Source: an uncultured delta proteobacterium (GTDB lineage: Bacteria; Myxococcota_A; Polyangia; Polyangiales; Houyiibacteriaceae). Taken from it: DNA of 64,000 nucleotides. Of the stretch, positions 10,445 to 20,006 are shown in pieces. The first letter of the stretch is position 1. Each line of letters starts with the position of its first letter. The notes below the pieces were generated by a model. The model did no database searches and was not told where the DNA came from. It saw nothing but the letters and a program-made list of their open reading frames with translations. The stretch is from contig CAVQHC010000009.1 of assembly GCA_963712235.1 (NCBI GenBank), positions 9,086 to 73,085 of the forward strand, in the 5' to 3' direction. Position numbers and translations under genes: made by a program.

Positions 10445-10719
10445 TGCAGCTCCCCGAAACCATCGGCGACCAGAGCACAAAGCGCAGCGAGGGCAGACTG
10501 TGCGTCCGCGCCAGTCACCTGGAAGGTAATGTTCGCGCCCTGCCCACCACAGAGCAGGAGCACGCCCATGATGCTTTTCGCATCCGCGACCTGATCACCT
10601 TTGCTCACCTCGATGTGAGACTCGAATCGGTTCGCCAGATTGACGAGCTTCGCAGCGGCCCTCGCGTGAAGACCCAGGCGATTTGGAACCTCGACGGTGC
10701 CGGACAGCGTCGCGGTCAC
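10441..10719 (-). CDS. ptsH: HPr/NPr phosphocarrier protein
   Basis: VPNRLGLHARAAAKLV (His-15 region) and KSIMGVLLL (Ser-46 region). The GTG at 10719 overlaps the rapZ stop (GTGA). Confidence 0.85.
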   Translation of the reverse strand: MTATLSGTVEVPNRLGLHARAAAKLVNLANRFESHIEVSKGDQVADAKSIMGVLLLCGGQGANITFQVTGADAQSALAALCALVADGFGELQ

Positions 10720-11585
10720 GAGCCTGCCCGCTGCGCGTCCCGATGGGAAACTACAACTTCGTGAAGGCTGCCGAGCTGCCGGCCGAGCTCTTCGGCCATC
10801 GCCACGGACCTGTGCTTGCCCCCGGTACAACCGACGGCCACCGTCAGATAGGCCTTCCCCTCCCGGGCGTACTGCGGAAGGACATAGCCGAGCAGCGGCC
10901 CCAGGTGCCCGAGCAGCTCCTGGGTCTCGGGAGCGCTCATCACGTAGGCGAACACCTCGGGGTCCATCCCCGTCTTGGGCCGCAGCGCATCGACGAAGTG
11001 GGGATTGGGCAAAAACCGTAGGTCGAAGACCAAATCGGCGTCTACGGGTACTCCGTACTTGAAGCCAAACGAGAGGAGTCGCACGACCATCGAGGGCCGG
11101 TTGAGATCACGTCCGACGTAGTCGATGAGGCGGTGGCGAAGGTCGTGAACGCTGAACTCGGTGGTGTCGATCACCACATCGGCGCGAGCTCGAAGCCCGG
11201 CGAGCCGCTGGCGTTCCCGGCTGATCGCGCCGTGGAGGTCACCCGTACGGGAGAGTGCGTGCGGTCTCCGCGTTTCGCTAAAGCGGCGAACGAGCACGTC
11301 GTCCGCGCAATCGAGAAAGATCACCTGCACTCGATGCCCGCTTGCCTCGAGCTCCGAGAGGGTTTCTTCGGCACCGCTGAGGAAAGCTCCCGTTCGAACG
11401 TCGATTCCCAAGCCAATTCGCTCGAGCTTCCCCTCGCGGTCGACCAGGCCGATCAGCGCCGGGGCCAAGCTGGGAGGCAAGTTGTCCACGCAAAAAAAGC
11501 CAGCGTCCTCGAGCACCCGAAGCGCAGTGCTTCTTCCAGCGCCCGAAAGGCCCGTCACCACGATGATATGAGGGCGTTCGCTCAC
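10716..11585 (-). CDS. rapZ: RNase adapter protein RapZ
   Basis: VVTGLSGAGRSTAL.VLED.GFFCVDNLP N-terminus and CTGGKHRSV C-terminal motif. The GTG start overlaps the hprK stop. Confidence 0.93.
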   Translation of the reverse strand: MSERPHIIVVTGLSGAGRSTALRVLEDAGFFCVDNLPPSLAPALIGLVDREGKLERIGLGIDVRTGAFLSGAEETLSELEASGHRVQVIFLDCADDVLVRRFSETRRPHALSRTGDLHGAISRERQRLAGLRARADVVIDTTEFSVHDLRHRLIDYVGRDLNRPSMVVRLLSFGFKYGVPVDADLVFDLRFLPNPHFVDALRPKTGMDPEVFAYVMSAPETQELLGHLGPLLGYVLPQYAREGKAYLTVAVGCTGGKHRSVAMAEELGRQLGSLHEVVVSHRDAQRAGS

Positions 11586-12583
11586 CGGGCAGTTCCCGGG
11601 TCGGGGTCTTCCACGTCCTCCATCAACGTGTTGATGAATTTCTGCGCACCGTGATGCCCGGCGGCCTTCAGGATGTGATTGCGGGCCGCGACTTCGAGAA
11701 TGACGGCCATGTTGCGCCCCGGGCGAACCGGGATTCGCAGCATTGGAATCGGCACACCAAAGATCTCGATGGTGGAGTCGTCGAGGCCAAGACGCTCGAA
11801 GGGCTCGTCGTCGTTCCAGGGGCAGATCTCGACCACGAGCTGCACCGTTTTTTCGGACCGGACCGCATTCGCTCCGAAAAGATCGCGAACATTGATGATT
11901 CCGATACCGCGCACCTCCAAATGATTGCGCAGCGGTTGGGGCGCCCGACCGAGGATCCGCTCAGACGGAAGCAGCGAGAGGATCACCTGATCATCGGCGA
12001 CGAAGCGATGCCCGCGCTCGACTAGAAAGAGGGCGCACTCGCTCTTCCCGATGCCACTTGGCCCTAGGAGCAGCGTACCAATGCCATGGACATCCATCAG
12101 TACGCCGTGACGGGTTTCGGAGGGCGCGAGAATGCCATCGAGCACCAAATGGATCGCCTGAATCGTCCGGCTGGACCGGGGCTCGGCCACGGCGAGCGGC
12201 GTTGAGGTTGCCTTCGCCACCTCGACCAACGCGGACGGCGGCTCGATGCCACGCGTGACAACGACCAACGAGAGCCCTAGCCCAAACAGTATTCGTAGGC
12301 GCTCGAGTCGCTCGTCAGGCGACAAGCCTTCGAGGAAAGTGATCTCGGTTTCTCCGAGGATCTGAACGCGGGTGGGTACCACACCGTGCGTGTGACCGAC
12401 GAGCACGAGCCCCGGCTTCTGTACCCTCGGATGATTGAGCGTGCGGTCTTGCCCCTCATGGCCGGCGACCAAGCGGATGATGGCATTGAGGCGCGGCTCG
12501 GCGAGCAAGTGTGCGACCGTAATACCGCGTTCGACACGCATACTCGGAAGGCCGCCGTGGCGCGAAGAGGAGGACTGGGTCAC
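11582..12583 (-). CDS. hprK: HPr kinase/phosphorylase
   Basis: GPSGIGKSE P-loop and LEVRGIGIINV signature. 333 aa. Confidence 0.92.
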   Translation of the reverse strand: MTQSSSSRHGGLPSMRVERGITVAHLLAEPRLNAIIRLVAGHEGQDRTLNHPRVQKPGLVLVGHTHGVVPTRVQILGETEITFLEGLSPDERLERLRILFGLGLSLVVVTRGIEPPSALVEVAKATSTPLAVAEPRSSRTIQAIHLVLDGILAPSETRHGVLMDVHGIGTLLLGPSGIGKSECALFLVERGHRFVADDQVILSLLPSERILGRAPQPLRNHLEVRGIGIINVRDLFGANAVRSEKTVQLVVEICPWNDDEPFERLGLDDSTIEIFGVPIPMLRIPVRPGRNMAVILEVAARNHILKAAGHHGAQKFINTLMEDVEDPDPGTAR

Positions 12584-12622
12584 GCACCCATCATACGCGA
12601 GTGCGCCCCAACTGTCTGCCCA

Positions 12623-13087
12623 TCAGGGCTCGGTCAAAAGGCGATAGGCGTCGGCATTGTCGACGGCACGCAGGAGCGCACTGCGCTTCTCTTCGTTTCG
12701 AAGAACGCGAGACACACCTGCGAGAGCTGCCAAGTGCTTCTGAGGCATGGACTTCGGTCCTACGATGCCGACCAGAATTCTCACCGGCAATCGGTCGACC
12801 GCATCGAAGTCGACGCCAGAGGGGCAGATTGCCACGGCGGCTCGAAGCTCCTCGACGCCGTCGTAGCGGCCATGCGGGATCGCGACGCCGCTGCCGATGC
12901 CCGTGCTCGCCAAGCGCTCCCGCTCGCCAAGGACGTCGTAGAGGACTTCTTCATTGACCGCTCCCTCGGGCATCGTGAGCAGCGAAGCGATGACTCGCAA
13001 AGCGGCATCCTTGTCGCCGAGCGCAAGGCCAATCCGGACGCGTTCAGGATGAAGGAGGTGAGCCAGCATGACGGGCAGGCGATACAC
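12623..13087 (-). CDS. ptsN: PTS IIA-Ntr nitrogen regulatory protein
   Basis: STGIGSGVAIPHGR phosphorylation-site motif. Sits between hpf and hprK. The start may be ATG 13069. Confidence 0.88.
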   Translation of the reverse strand: MYRLPVMLAHLLHPERVRIGLALGDKDAALRVIASLLTMPEGAVNEEVLYDVLGERERLASTGIGSGVAIPHGRYDGVEELRAAVAICPSGVDFDAVDRLPVRILVGIVGPKSMPQKHLAALAGVSRVLRNEEKRSALLRAVDNADAYRLLTEP

Positions 13088-13113
13088 CAGCCGTCACAGG
13101 GGTGCAATGCGGA

Positions 13114-13440
13114 TCAGTCTTCAGGATTGCGAAGGGACTCGCCGCTGTGCCGCCGGCGGTTCGTCTCTGTTGCCTTGGTGTCACGAACCTGGCGGTCGAT
13201 CTTGTCGACGACCTGATCGATGGTCGTGTACATGTCCTCGGACTGACCGTGACCCGCGTATTGATGACCGTCGCCGGTCAGGTTCAAATCGACCCGGTGA
13301 AGGTGCCTCTCCATGGAAAAAGTAAACTCGGCGTGCAGAGGCGACCGGATATACTTTTGAACTTTGGCAATTTTTTCCGATGCGTGATTTTTGATGGCGT
13401 CGGACGACTCCATGTTGCGAAATGTGTAGCTAATGCGCAT
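13114..13440 (-). CDS. hpf: Ribosome hibernation promoting factor
   Basis: 108-aa YfiA/HPF-like sequence (FRNMESSDAIK.HA.EKI.K...) immediately downstream of rpoN. Confidence 0.9.
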   Translation of the reverse strand: MRISYTFRNMESSDAIKNHASEKIAKVQKYIRSPLHAEFTFSMERHLHRVDLNLTGDGHQYAGHGQSEDMYTTIDQVVDKIDRQVRDTKATETNRRRHSGESLRNPED

Positions 13441-13454
13441 CGATCCTCCAGCAG

Positions 13455-14876
13455 CTAAAAGTACTTCTTCCGTTTGGATGAGCTAAGAATACCGAGCATC
13501 TCGCGATACTTCGCGACTGTGCGGCGGGCAATCTTAATGTCGTCTTGACCGAGTATTTCAACGATTCTTTGGTCGGAAAGCGGAGCCTTCGAATCTTCAG
13601 CCCCGATGATTGTTTTGATCGCCTGCTTGACGCTCTCTGAGGCGATGTCGTTCTGGTGGTCTCTTCTTATGGCGCTGTTGAAGAAGTACTTCAACTCGAA
13701 AGTACCCCGGGGCGTATGGACGTATTTGTTGCTGGTTACGCGGGAAATCGTGCTCTCGTGCATCCCCACCGTCTCGGCGACGTCCCGCAAAATCATTGGC
13801 TTCAGGTACTCGATGCCTTTGTCGAAAAAATCTTGCTGCTTCTCGACGATGCACTCGGTGACCCTGACGATGGTTTTTCGGCGCTGGTCGATGCTCCGGA
13901 TGAGCCACTGCGCGCTTCGGAGCTTGTCCTGGATGTACTCCTTGGCCTTCGGATTGTCGGCCATGGCGGAGCGGTAGAAACCGCTAATCTTGAGCTTCGG
14001 CATGCCATCGTCGTTGGCTACGACGTAGTACTCCTCCCCTACGCGGTGCACGTAAACATCGGGGGTGATGTAACGTGGCTCCTCGGTCTGGAAACGGCGA
14101 GCCGGGCGCGGCTCGAGCTCGGCGATGATCTGCGCCACGTCGTACACCTCGTCGAGCGCGCAGCCACAGGCTTTGGCAATCGCCGGGTAGCGGCGCTTTT
14201 CGAGGTCCCCCAGATGGTCCCTAATCACGCGGAGCACCAGCTCGTCCATGCCGTAGTGCTTCGCTTGTATCAGCAGGCACTCTTGAAGAGAGCGCGCGGC
14301 GACGCCGAGCGGGTCGAACTGCTGAATCATGGCCAGGACTTCTTCGGCGTCCTCCGCGTCGAGGTCGGCCTCGGCGGCGAGTCGCGGCACCACTTCGTCC
14401 GGCGCTAGTCCTTCGATCTTCAGATAGCCGTTGTCATCGAGGTTGCCGACCACGAGCCCGGCGAAACGGCGTTCGTCCTCGACGAAATCGCCCATGCGAA
14501 CCTGCCATCCGAGATGATCATCGAGGCCCTCGGCGCTCGAAAGAGTTGCTTCGAGCCCAGGCATCTCGTCGTCCGGTCCGCGGCGGACCGACGGCATTGG
14601 GGCTTCGTTCGACTGGTTCTCCAGGTACCGCTCCCAGTCGATCTCGTCTTTCTTCTGTTCGTGTGCCTTGACCTCGGCTGAAGGCAACTCGTCGGCGCCA
14701 GGGGTGCTGGAATCTCGGGATTCCGGACCCTCTTCGAGCACGGGGTTCTCGAGCAGTTCTTCTTGGACCAGCTCGGTGAGCTCCATGCGAGACATCTGCA
14801 ACAGCTTGATCGCCTGCTGCAATTGCGGCGTCATGATTAGCTGCTGCGATAGTTTGAGTTGCTGCTTGAGCTCCAT
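13455..14876 (-). CDS. rpoN: RNA polymerase sigma-54 factor
   Basis: N-terminal MELKQQLKLSQQLIMTPQLQQAIKLLQ and C-terminal RpoN box ARRTVAKYRE. Confidence 0.96.
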   Translation of the reverse strand: MELKQQLKLSQQLIMTPQLQQAIKLLQMSRMELTELVQEELLENPVLEEGPESRDSSTPGADELPSAEVKAHEQKKDEIDWERYLENQSNEAPMPSVRRGPDDEMPGLEATLSSAEGLDDHLGWQVRMGDFVEDERRFAGLVVGNLDDNGYLKIEGLAPDEVVPRLAAEADLDAEDAEEVLAMIQQFDPLGVAARSLQECLLIQAKHYGMDELVLRVIRDHLGDLEKRRYPAIAKACGCALDEVYDVAQIIAELEPRPARRFQTEEPRYITPDVYVHRVGEEYYVVANDDGMPKLKISGFYRSAMADNPKAKEYIQDKLRSAQWLIRSIDQRRKTIVRVTECIVEKQQDFFDKGIEYLKPMILRDVAETVGMHESTISRVTSNKYVHTPRGTFELKYFFNSAIRRDHQNDIASESVKQAIKTIIGAEDSKAPLSDQRIVEILGQDDIKIARRTVAKYREMLGILSSSKRKKYF

Positions 14877-14969
14877 TCAGGTCCCGCGCCACCGGAAGTG
14901 CGCCGATCGGCAGTATAGACGCCTCCTGCCCTCAGGGAAACTCGCAGACCAAGCCTCGCGAATCTTTCT

Positions 14970-15959
14970 TTGCTCGGCTATTGTGTCGGGGTGGGGACTG
15001 CTCGAGCCGTGGACAAGGCTGTGGTCGTCGTGGCCGATGACGATCGGGCCGCGCGGGAGCGGATATCCGAGCTACTTCGTGCTCGAGGCTTAGTCGTCGT
15101 CGCGGCGAACAGCGGCCAGAAGGCCATCGACGCCGTTCGCGCACAGCCCGTAGAGCTCGTCGTCCTGGAGCTCAATATGCCGGGTCTGAGCGGAATCGAT
15201 GCGTGCAAAGTCGTCAAATCGATCGCGAAGGATCGTTTTGTACCCGTCGTTTTGCTGACTTCCATGTCCGAGGCGAGCGCACGCATTCTGCGAAGTGGCG
15301 CGGACGATCACGTTTCCAAGACACTCGAAGACGAGGATCTCGTGGAGCGTCTAGAGAACATGATTCAGGTGAAGCGAACACATGACGAGGTGCAGTTCGC
15401 CAGAAACGAGCTCGACCATGGATCCGTTCACGGAGCGCACCACGAGCTGCCAGATCATCGCCATTTCCACGACCGCCTCGGAAGCGAGTTCGACGAGGCC
15501 CAGAGGCACTTGGATCCGCTGGCCTGCTGCATCGTGGCGGTCGATGAGTTCCGAGACCTCGTCTCCGAGCGAGGGTCGGATTTTGCGGCTCGGATTCTCG
15601 AAGAAGTTTCGTCGCGACTGCGGCACACGATACGCGCGACAGACATTGCAGCGCGCTTCCGGGTTTCCGAGTTTGGTCTTCTGCTGCCGAACACGCGACC
15701 CGCAAGGGCGCTCACTTTGGCGGACCGCATCGTCTCGGAGCTTGCGCTCCGACCTTTCGAGTTGAGCGCGGCAAGCATCGAGCTGACGATTTCGATCGGC
15801 GTGGGCCTTTACCCGAGCGGCGCCATTCGTACCCACAGCGAGCTATTGGACGCGGCGAGCATCGCGGTCGCTCGCGCACGGGTCGCTGGCAAGAACCGCA
15901 TCTGCGTCGTCCAGCAGCAGGGGTACATCTACCGGCCGACATTGCCAGGCGCAGCCTAG
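14970..15959 (+). CDS. Pseudo-receiver / degenerate GGDEF domain protein
   Basis: REC fold with LVVLELNMPG, so Glu replaces the phospho-acceptor Asp. RVSEF replaces GGDEF, while the RATD (RxxD) I-site is retained 5 residues upstream. Confidence 0.8.
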   Translation: MLGYCVGVGTARAVDKAVVVVADDDRAARERISELLRARGLVVVAANSGQKAIDAVRAQPVELVVLELNMPGLSGIDACKVVKSIAKDRFVPVVLLTSMSEASARILRSGADDHVSKTLEDEDLVERLENMIQVKRTHDEVQFARNELDHGSVHGAHHELPDHRHFHDRLGSEFDEAQRHLDPLACCIVAVDEFRDLVSERGSDFAARILEEVSSRLRHTIRATDIAARFRVSEFGLLLPNTRPARALTLADRIVSELALRPFELSAASIELTISIGVGLYPSGAIRTHSELLDAASIAVARARVAGKNRICVVQQQGYIYRPTLPGAA

Positions 15960-16522
15960 CGGCTCGCCCCAAAGCAGCGGCTTCCAAGGGCGGCCACCAA
16001 GAGGCCAGCAACCATGAGCCAGAGTCCCCAGAGCCAGTCCGCCGTTGCTCCTTGGACCTCTGCCACTAGGCCGATCCGGCGGCAGGTGTAGATGAGAGGC
16101 AAGAGGCCTCCCAGTGCGAGCCCGAGCATGGCGGCCCTCGCGGCGCGCATCGTATCGCGGCTGCGTCGTTGCCACAGTATCCACAGAAGCACGATGGCCG
16201 CTCCTGGAGTGAACCAGAGGTTGCCAGCACCATCAATGGCCACTTCTAGGGCCGACGCCTCGAGCTCCGAGGAGCGCACGAACGGAACGCTGAAGCCTAG
16301 AAGAACGAGCGCGGCCCCAAACAATGGAGCGCCGCGCCCGAGACGCGGGTCCAGGAAGAACCCGACCTGGTCCAAGGCGCGATCCGAGCGTCGCGGAAGC
16401 TCGTCGAGGGGGATCAGCGTCAGCTCGTGCTCGGGGCAATCGACGCGGCCTTCGAAGCCTTCGTGACAAAAAGGACAGAAGGAGACCTCCGCGCGCTCCG
16501 ACGACCCTTGGGACTGAGACAT
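15956..16522 (-). CDS. Membrane protein with N-terminal zinc-ribbon
   Basis: CPFC...CPEH four-ligand motif followed by several hydrophobic helices. Confidence 0.55.
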   Translation of the reverse strand: MSQSQGSSERAEVSFCPFCHEGFEGRVDCPEHELTLIPLDELPRRSDRALDQVGFFLDPRLGRGAPLFGAALVLLGFSVPFVRSSELEASALEVAIDGAGNLWFTPGAAIVLLWILWQRRSRDTMRAARAAMLGLALGGLLPLIYTCRRIGLVAEVQGATADWLWGLWLMVAGLLVAALGSRCFGASR

Positions 16523-16581
16523 GGCTAGATCTGGGTCTCCGTGCGTTTTGCTCTTGTTCGTGTTATCCGCCGTCCTGGACG

Positions 16582-17019
16582 ATGGAGATTCGGGGACTCA
16601 CCAAAGCCGACTACGACTATATCATCTCGGTGCTCGACCAGTGGTGGGGCGGGCCGGCCGGAAGGCGCGCTGATCCCATGTTCTTCTACGAGTTTGGCGA
16701 ACACGCGCTGGTCGCCGAGCTCGACGGGGAGCTGATTGGCTTTCTCCTGGGAGTGATGCTGCCCGGGCCGTCGGCGACCGGATACGTGCATCTGGTTGGA
16801 ATTCACCCAGACCACCGACGTCGCCAGGTGGGCAAGAAACTCTACGCCCAGTTTACCGAACGGTGCCGGGCCGCCGGCATGAAGAGGATCAAATCCCTGG
16901 CTTCTGCTGGGCACGAGGGCCCGGTCCGATTTCACGAGTCCATGGGTTTCGAGAGCACTGAAGTCCCCGACTACGCCGGTCCAGGCCGCTCCAGAGTCGT
17001 CTTCGTGAAGGAGCTTTGA
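16582..17019 (+). CDS. GNAT family N-acetyltransferase
   Basis: ATG at 16582 (MEIRGLTKADY). HRRRQVGKKLY acetyl-CoA binding (Q/RxxGxG/A-like) segment. 145 aa. Confidence 0.8.
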   Translation: MEIRGLTKADYDYIISVLDQWWGGPAGRRADPMFFYEFGEHALVAELDGELIGFLLGVMLPGPSATGYVHLVGIHPDHRRRQVGKKLYAQFTERCRAAGMKRIKSLASAGHEGPVRFHESMGFESTEVPDYAGPGRSRVVFVKEL

Positions 17020-17073
17020 CCTGCTGGCGAGTCCCGGTATCCTTCAAGCTAGGTAGACGGGGGAAGGCCAGGC

Positions 17074-18095
17074 ATGGGTTACTCATCGGCGAGCGAGGCG
17101 CGGCAAGCTCGTGAATCGCTCGGCAAAGCACTCGAAGCACTGCAACAAGATGCGGACGTTCCCGAAGAGGTTCTCGGGCTGACGCAACACGTGGCCAAGT
17201 CGATCGGCGCCCTGTTCGAGGCGGAGTACGCCTCCACTGAGCCCGATGGCAAGACCTGCGTAAAGAACGCCCTTGGCACCCTCAGCCAAACTCTCGCCCT
17301 GCTCCAGGACGTGAAAAGCGACCATGCCGCGGTGCAGAGCACGACCGAAAGCATCGCAGACGTCATCAGTGTGCTGTTTCCACTGACGACTAAACCAACG
17401 CTCAGGCCAGAGGGCGCGTCAGAGCCCCCTTCCGCGGCGAGCGCACCGCCGGCGAGCGCACCACCGGCGAGCCGACCTCCGCAAGGTGTCAATCCCTCGG
17501 AGCGTCCGATTCCGCTTCGCTCTGCGCTGCGACGATCGCCTTCGGAGCGCTCTCCGTCACAACGCTCTCCGTCACAGCACTCTCCGGCGAGCGCACCACC
17601 GGCGAGCGCACCACCGGCGAGCGTACCGCCGCGAGCGTACCGCCGCCGAGCGTGGCGCCATCTGCGCGCGCGGTGGCGAGTCGGCCTGCTTCGCAGAGGC
17701 CGGTTTCTGACGGGCCTGCGCGGGTCCCTACTTCCTTGCTCCCCCCTCCTGCGCCAATTCCTGTGAGTCAACGACAACGGCTCGAGGCCAACCTTGGCGC
17801 AACCACGCAATCCAACTTCTACGTGGGCTTCAGCGGCGAGATCGCCCATGGTGGAGTGTTTCTCGCCACCTACGAAGCGTTCCCGAAAGACACCTCGGTC
17901 CGGATGCTCGTAACCCTGCCCGGCGGATTCGAATTCGAATGCGACGGCTATATTCGCTTCGTCAGAGATCCGATGGACTTCGCATCGGAATCCGAGCCCG
18001 GCATGGGCATTCAATTCGAAGGGCTGTCCGAAGAGGCTCGCGAATTGGTGATGCGCTTCATTCGCAAGCGGCCCCCGATCTTCTACGACGTCTAG
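17074..18095 (+). pseudogene. PilZ-domain protein (TIGR02266-like), frame broken in a 15-nt tandem repeat as sequenced
   Basis: Frame-1 ORF 17074.. carries a helical N-domain and an ASAPP repeat linker. Frame-3 ORF ..18095 carries the PilZ domain (GMGIQFEGLSEEA). The frames join at 17630/17631 if one base is restored. Confidence 0.6.
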
Positions 18096-18103
18096 GGCTT
18101 CCC

Positions 18104-18493
18104 TCAGCCCTCGCCAAGGAGCTTGCTCATGGATGCTTCGTCAACCGGCGTGAAGGAGTAGGACTCCATCTCCTCCGACGTGACCCACGCGTAGTCTTTG
18201 ACGGCGTGGCAGTGCAGATGCTCACTCAGCAACTTGCACTCGTAAAGATACAAGTCGACGGCGTACTTCTCGTACGGATGATTCACGAACGAGATCAGCT
18301 GACCCACGTCGACGCGGGCGCCAAGACGCTCCGCCACCTCGCGCGCCAAAGCGGCTTCGTCGGTTTCGCCGGTTTCCACGCGACCGCCCGGAAAGTCCCA
18401 GAGCATTGGAAGCACAGCGGTCTCACGCCGCTGTGTGATCAAATACCGCCCATCACGTTCGACCAGGGCCGCAACCACGCGAATGGTCTTCAT
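18104..18493 (-). CDS. NUDIX hydrolase (MutT-like)
   Basis: Nudix box GGRVETGETDEAALAREVAERLG. Start taken at ATG 18493. Confidence 0.85.
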   Translation of the reverse strand: MKTIRVVAALVERDGRYLITQRRETAVLPMLWDFPGGRVETGETDEAALAREVAERLGARVDVGQLISFVNHPYEKYAVDLYLYECKLLSEHLHCHAVKDYAWVTSEEMESYSFTPVDEASMSKLLGEG

Positions 18494-18538
18494 CTCCAAT
18501 GACACGAAGCGGGATATAGCACCCCCGCCCCCACGTGT

Positions 18539-18856
18539 TCACATCGGATAATCGTGAACGACGGCACGTGGAGGGCGCTCCACGTTGAGTACGGGGCTGG
18601 TGATCAGATCCCGACCGGCGGCGATGAAGAAAAGCGACTCGCCAACGGTAGGAAGCCCCTCCGACGCACTGATAGCGCCGTTGTCATGGAACTTGAGGCC
18701 ACCCGAAACCGTGCTTCGAAGCGCGAGGTGGCCACCCAGCCACTCGCCGCTTCGGCGGTCTCGAACGGCCACGCAGACGTTCCGACGCACGTGGTATTCG
18801 CTGTTGCGAGTGACGAAGATGCGATGAATTCGACGTTCTTTGCCCAAATAGCCCAT
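18539..18856 (-). CDS. Hypothetical protein
   Basis: 105-aa ORF with coding-like composition and no recognisable motif. Confidence 0.4.
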   Translation of the reverse strand: MGYLGKERRIHRIFVTRNSEYHVRRNVCVAVRDRRSGEWLGGHLALRSTVSGGLKFHDNGAISASEGLPTVGESLFFIAAGRDLITSPVLNVERPPRAVVHDYPM

Positions 18857-18902
18857 CCAAAACCTCCCGGGGGCGCTACGATAAGATTCGAAGTCACCTT
18901 AC

Positions 18903-19973
18903 ATGTGGGATAAAGTAGGACCAAGAAATTGGCGCCGTCCGCTCCTTTTGCGTCCGGACAACTTCACGCCGCCCTCTCGGACCCCCTGGGGGGGCCGACG
19001 GATCCGCGAGCGTCTGAAGGCCGACGCCCAGCTCCAGCCTGGCGGTCCGGTGGGCGAGGCGTGGGAGCTCTCGGTCGAGCCTGATTTTCCGAGCCGGCTC
19101 GCCGATGGACCCACCCTGGACGAGGTCCTGCGCGCCGACCCCGCCCTCCTCGGCGCCGAGGCGCCAAACGGATCGACCTCTCTGCTCGTCAAGTTGGTCG
19201 ACGCCGACGACGATCTTTCGGTTCAGATTCATCCTCACGACGACGACCCGGCGCTGGCGGTCGACGAGAGCGGAAAGCCGGAAGCCTGGTACATCATCGA
19301 CGCGGAACCCGGCGCGGGTCTGTACCTCGGGTTTCGCGAAGGCGTGTCGCGACAGGACGTCGAAACGGTGATCGACGCGGAGGGGGACGTCTCCGCGCTC
19401 ATGTCGTTCGTCCAGGTGTCTCCTGGCGATCTGTTTTTAATCGGTCCGGGAACACCGCATGCGATTGGCAGGGGAGTCTTGCTGCTCGAGCCTCAGCGTG
19501 TTGCCCCCGGTAAGCGCGGCGTAACCTACCGGTACTGGGACTGGAACCGGAAGTACGATGCCGACGGGCAACTGGACCCCAGCGGTCACCCGCGCACCCT
19601 TCACCGCGACCGCGCGCTGGACGTGACCACGTGGGAGGGCACAATGGACGCCGAGCGCATCGATCGGCTGAGTCACCGAGCCGGGCCGGCGCCTATCGAC
19701 GGGCCGGCCAGTCTCGAAGTCCTCATGAGTCACACTGGACCGCTCCGGTCGGACATCTTCTGCGTCCAACGCTTGGCGGGCTCGGGCGCGCTCGTGCTCG
19801 ACCCGGCGGATCGATTGCGCTCGCTCACGCTTTTAGACGGTCGCGTGAAGCTGCACGATGGACAAGCGGTATTGAGTCTGTCGCGCGGACAGACCTGCGC
19901 ATTGCCCGCCTGTCTCGGTTCGCTCCGCGTCGATCTCACTGCCGCGCACGCCGTGCTCTGTAACTTGACTTGA
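18903..19973 (+). CDS. manA: Type I phosphomannose isomerase
   Basis: PWGG...GE.WE.S..P, LLVKL.DA...LSVQIHP and a second His motif GTPHAIG. Confidence 0.8.
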   Translation: MWDKVGPRNWRRPLLLRPDNFTPPSRTPWGGRRIRERLKADAQLQPGGPVGEAWELSVEPDFPSRLADGPTLDEVLRADPALLGAEAPNGSTSLLVKLVDADDDLSVQIHPHDDDPALAVDESGKPEAWYIIDAEPGAGLYLGFREGVSRQDVETVIDAEGDVSALMSFVQVSPGDLFLIGPGTPHAIGRGVLLLEPQRVAPGKRGVTYRYWDWNRKYDADGQLDPSGHPRTLHRDRALDVTTWEGTMDAERIDRLSHRAGPAPIDGPASLEVLMSHTGPLRSDIFCVQRLAGSGALVLDPADRLRSLTLLDGRVKLHDGQAVLSLSRGQTCALPACLGSLRVDLTAAHAVLCNLT

Positions 19974-20006
19974 CGCCGTCATCTCGACGTAAGAGAGTGC
20001 CGCGCC

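Noticed and set aside
17486-17710. A 74-aa frame-2 ORF inside the PilZ gene linker
   Set aside because: It is an Arg/His-rich translation of the same tandem repeats in the wrong frame.
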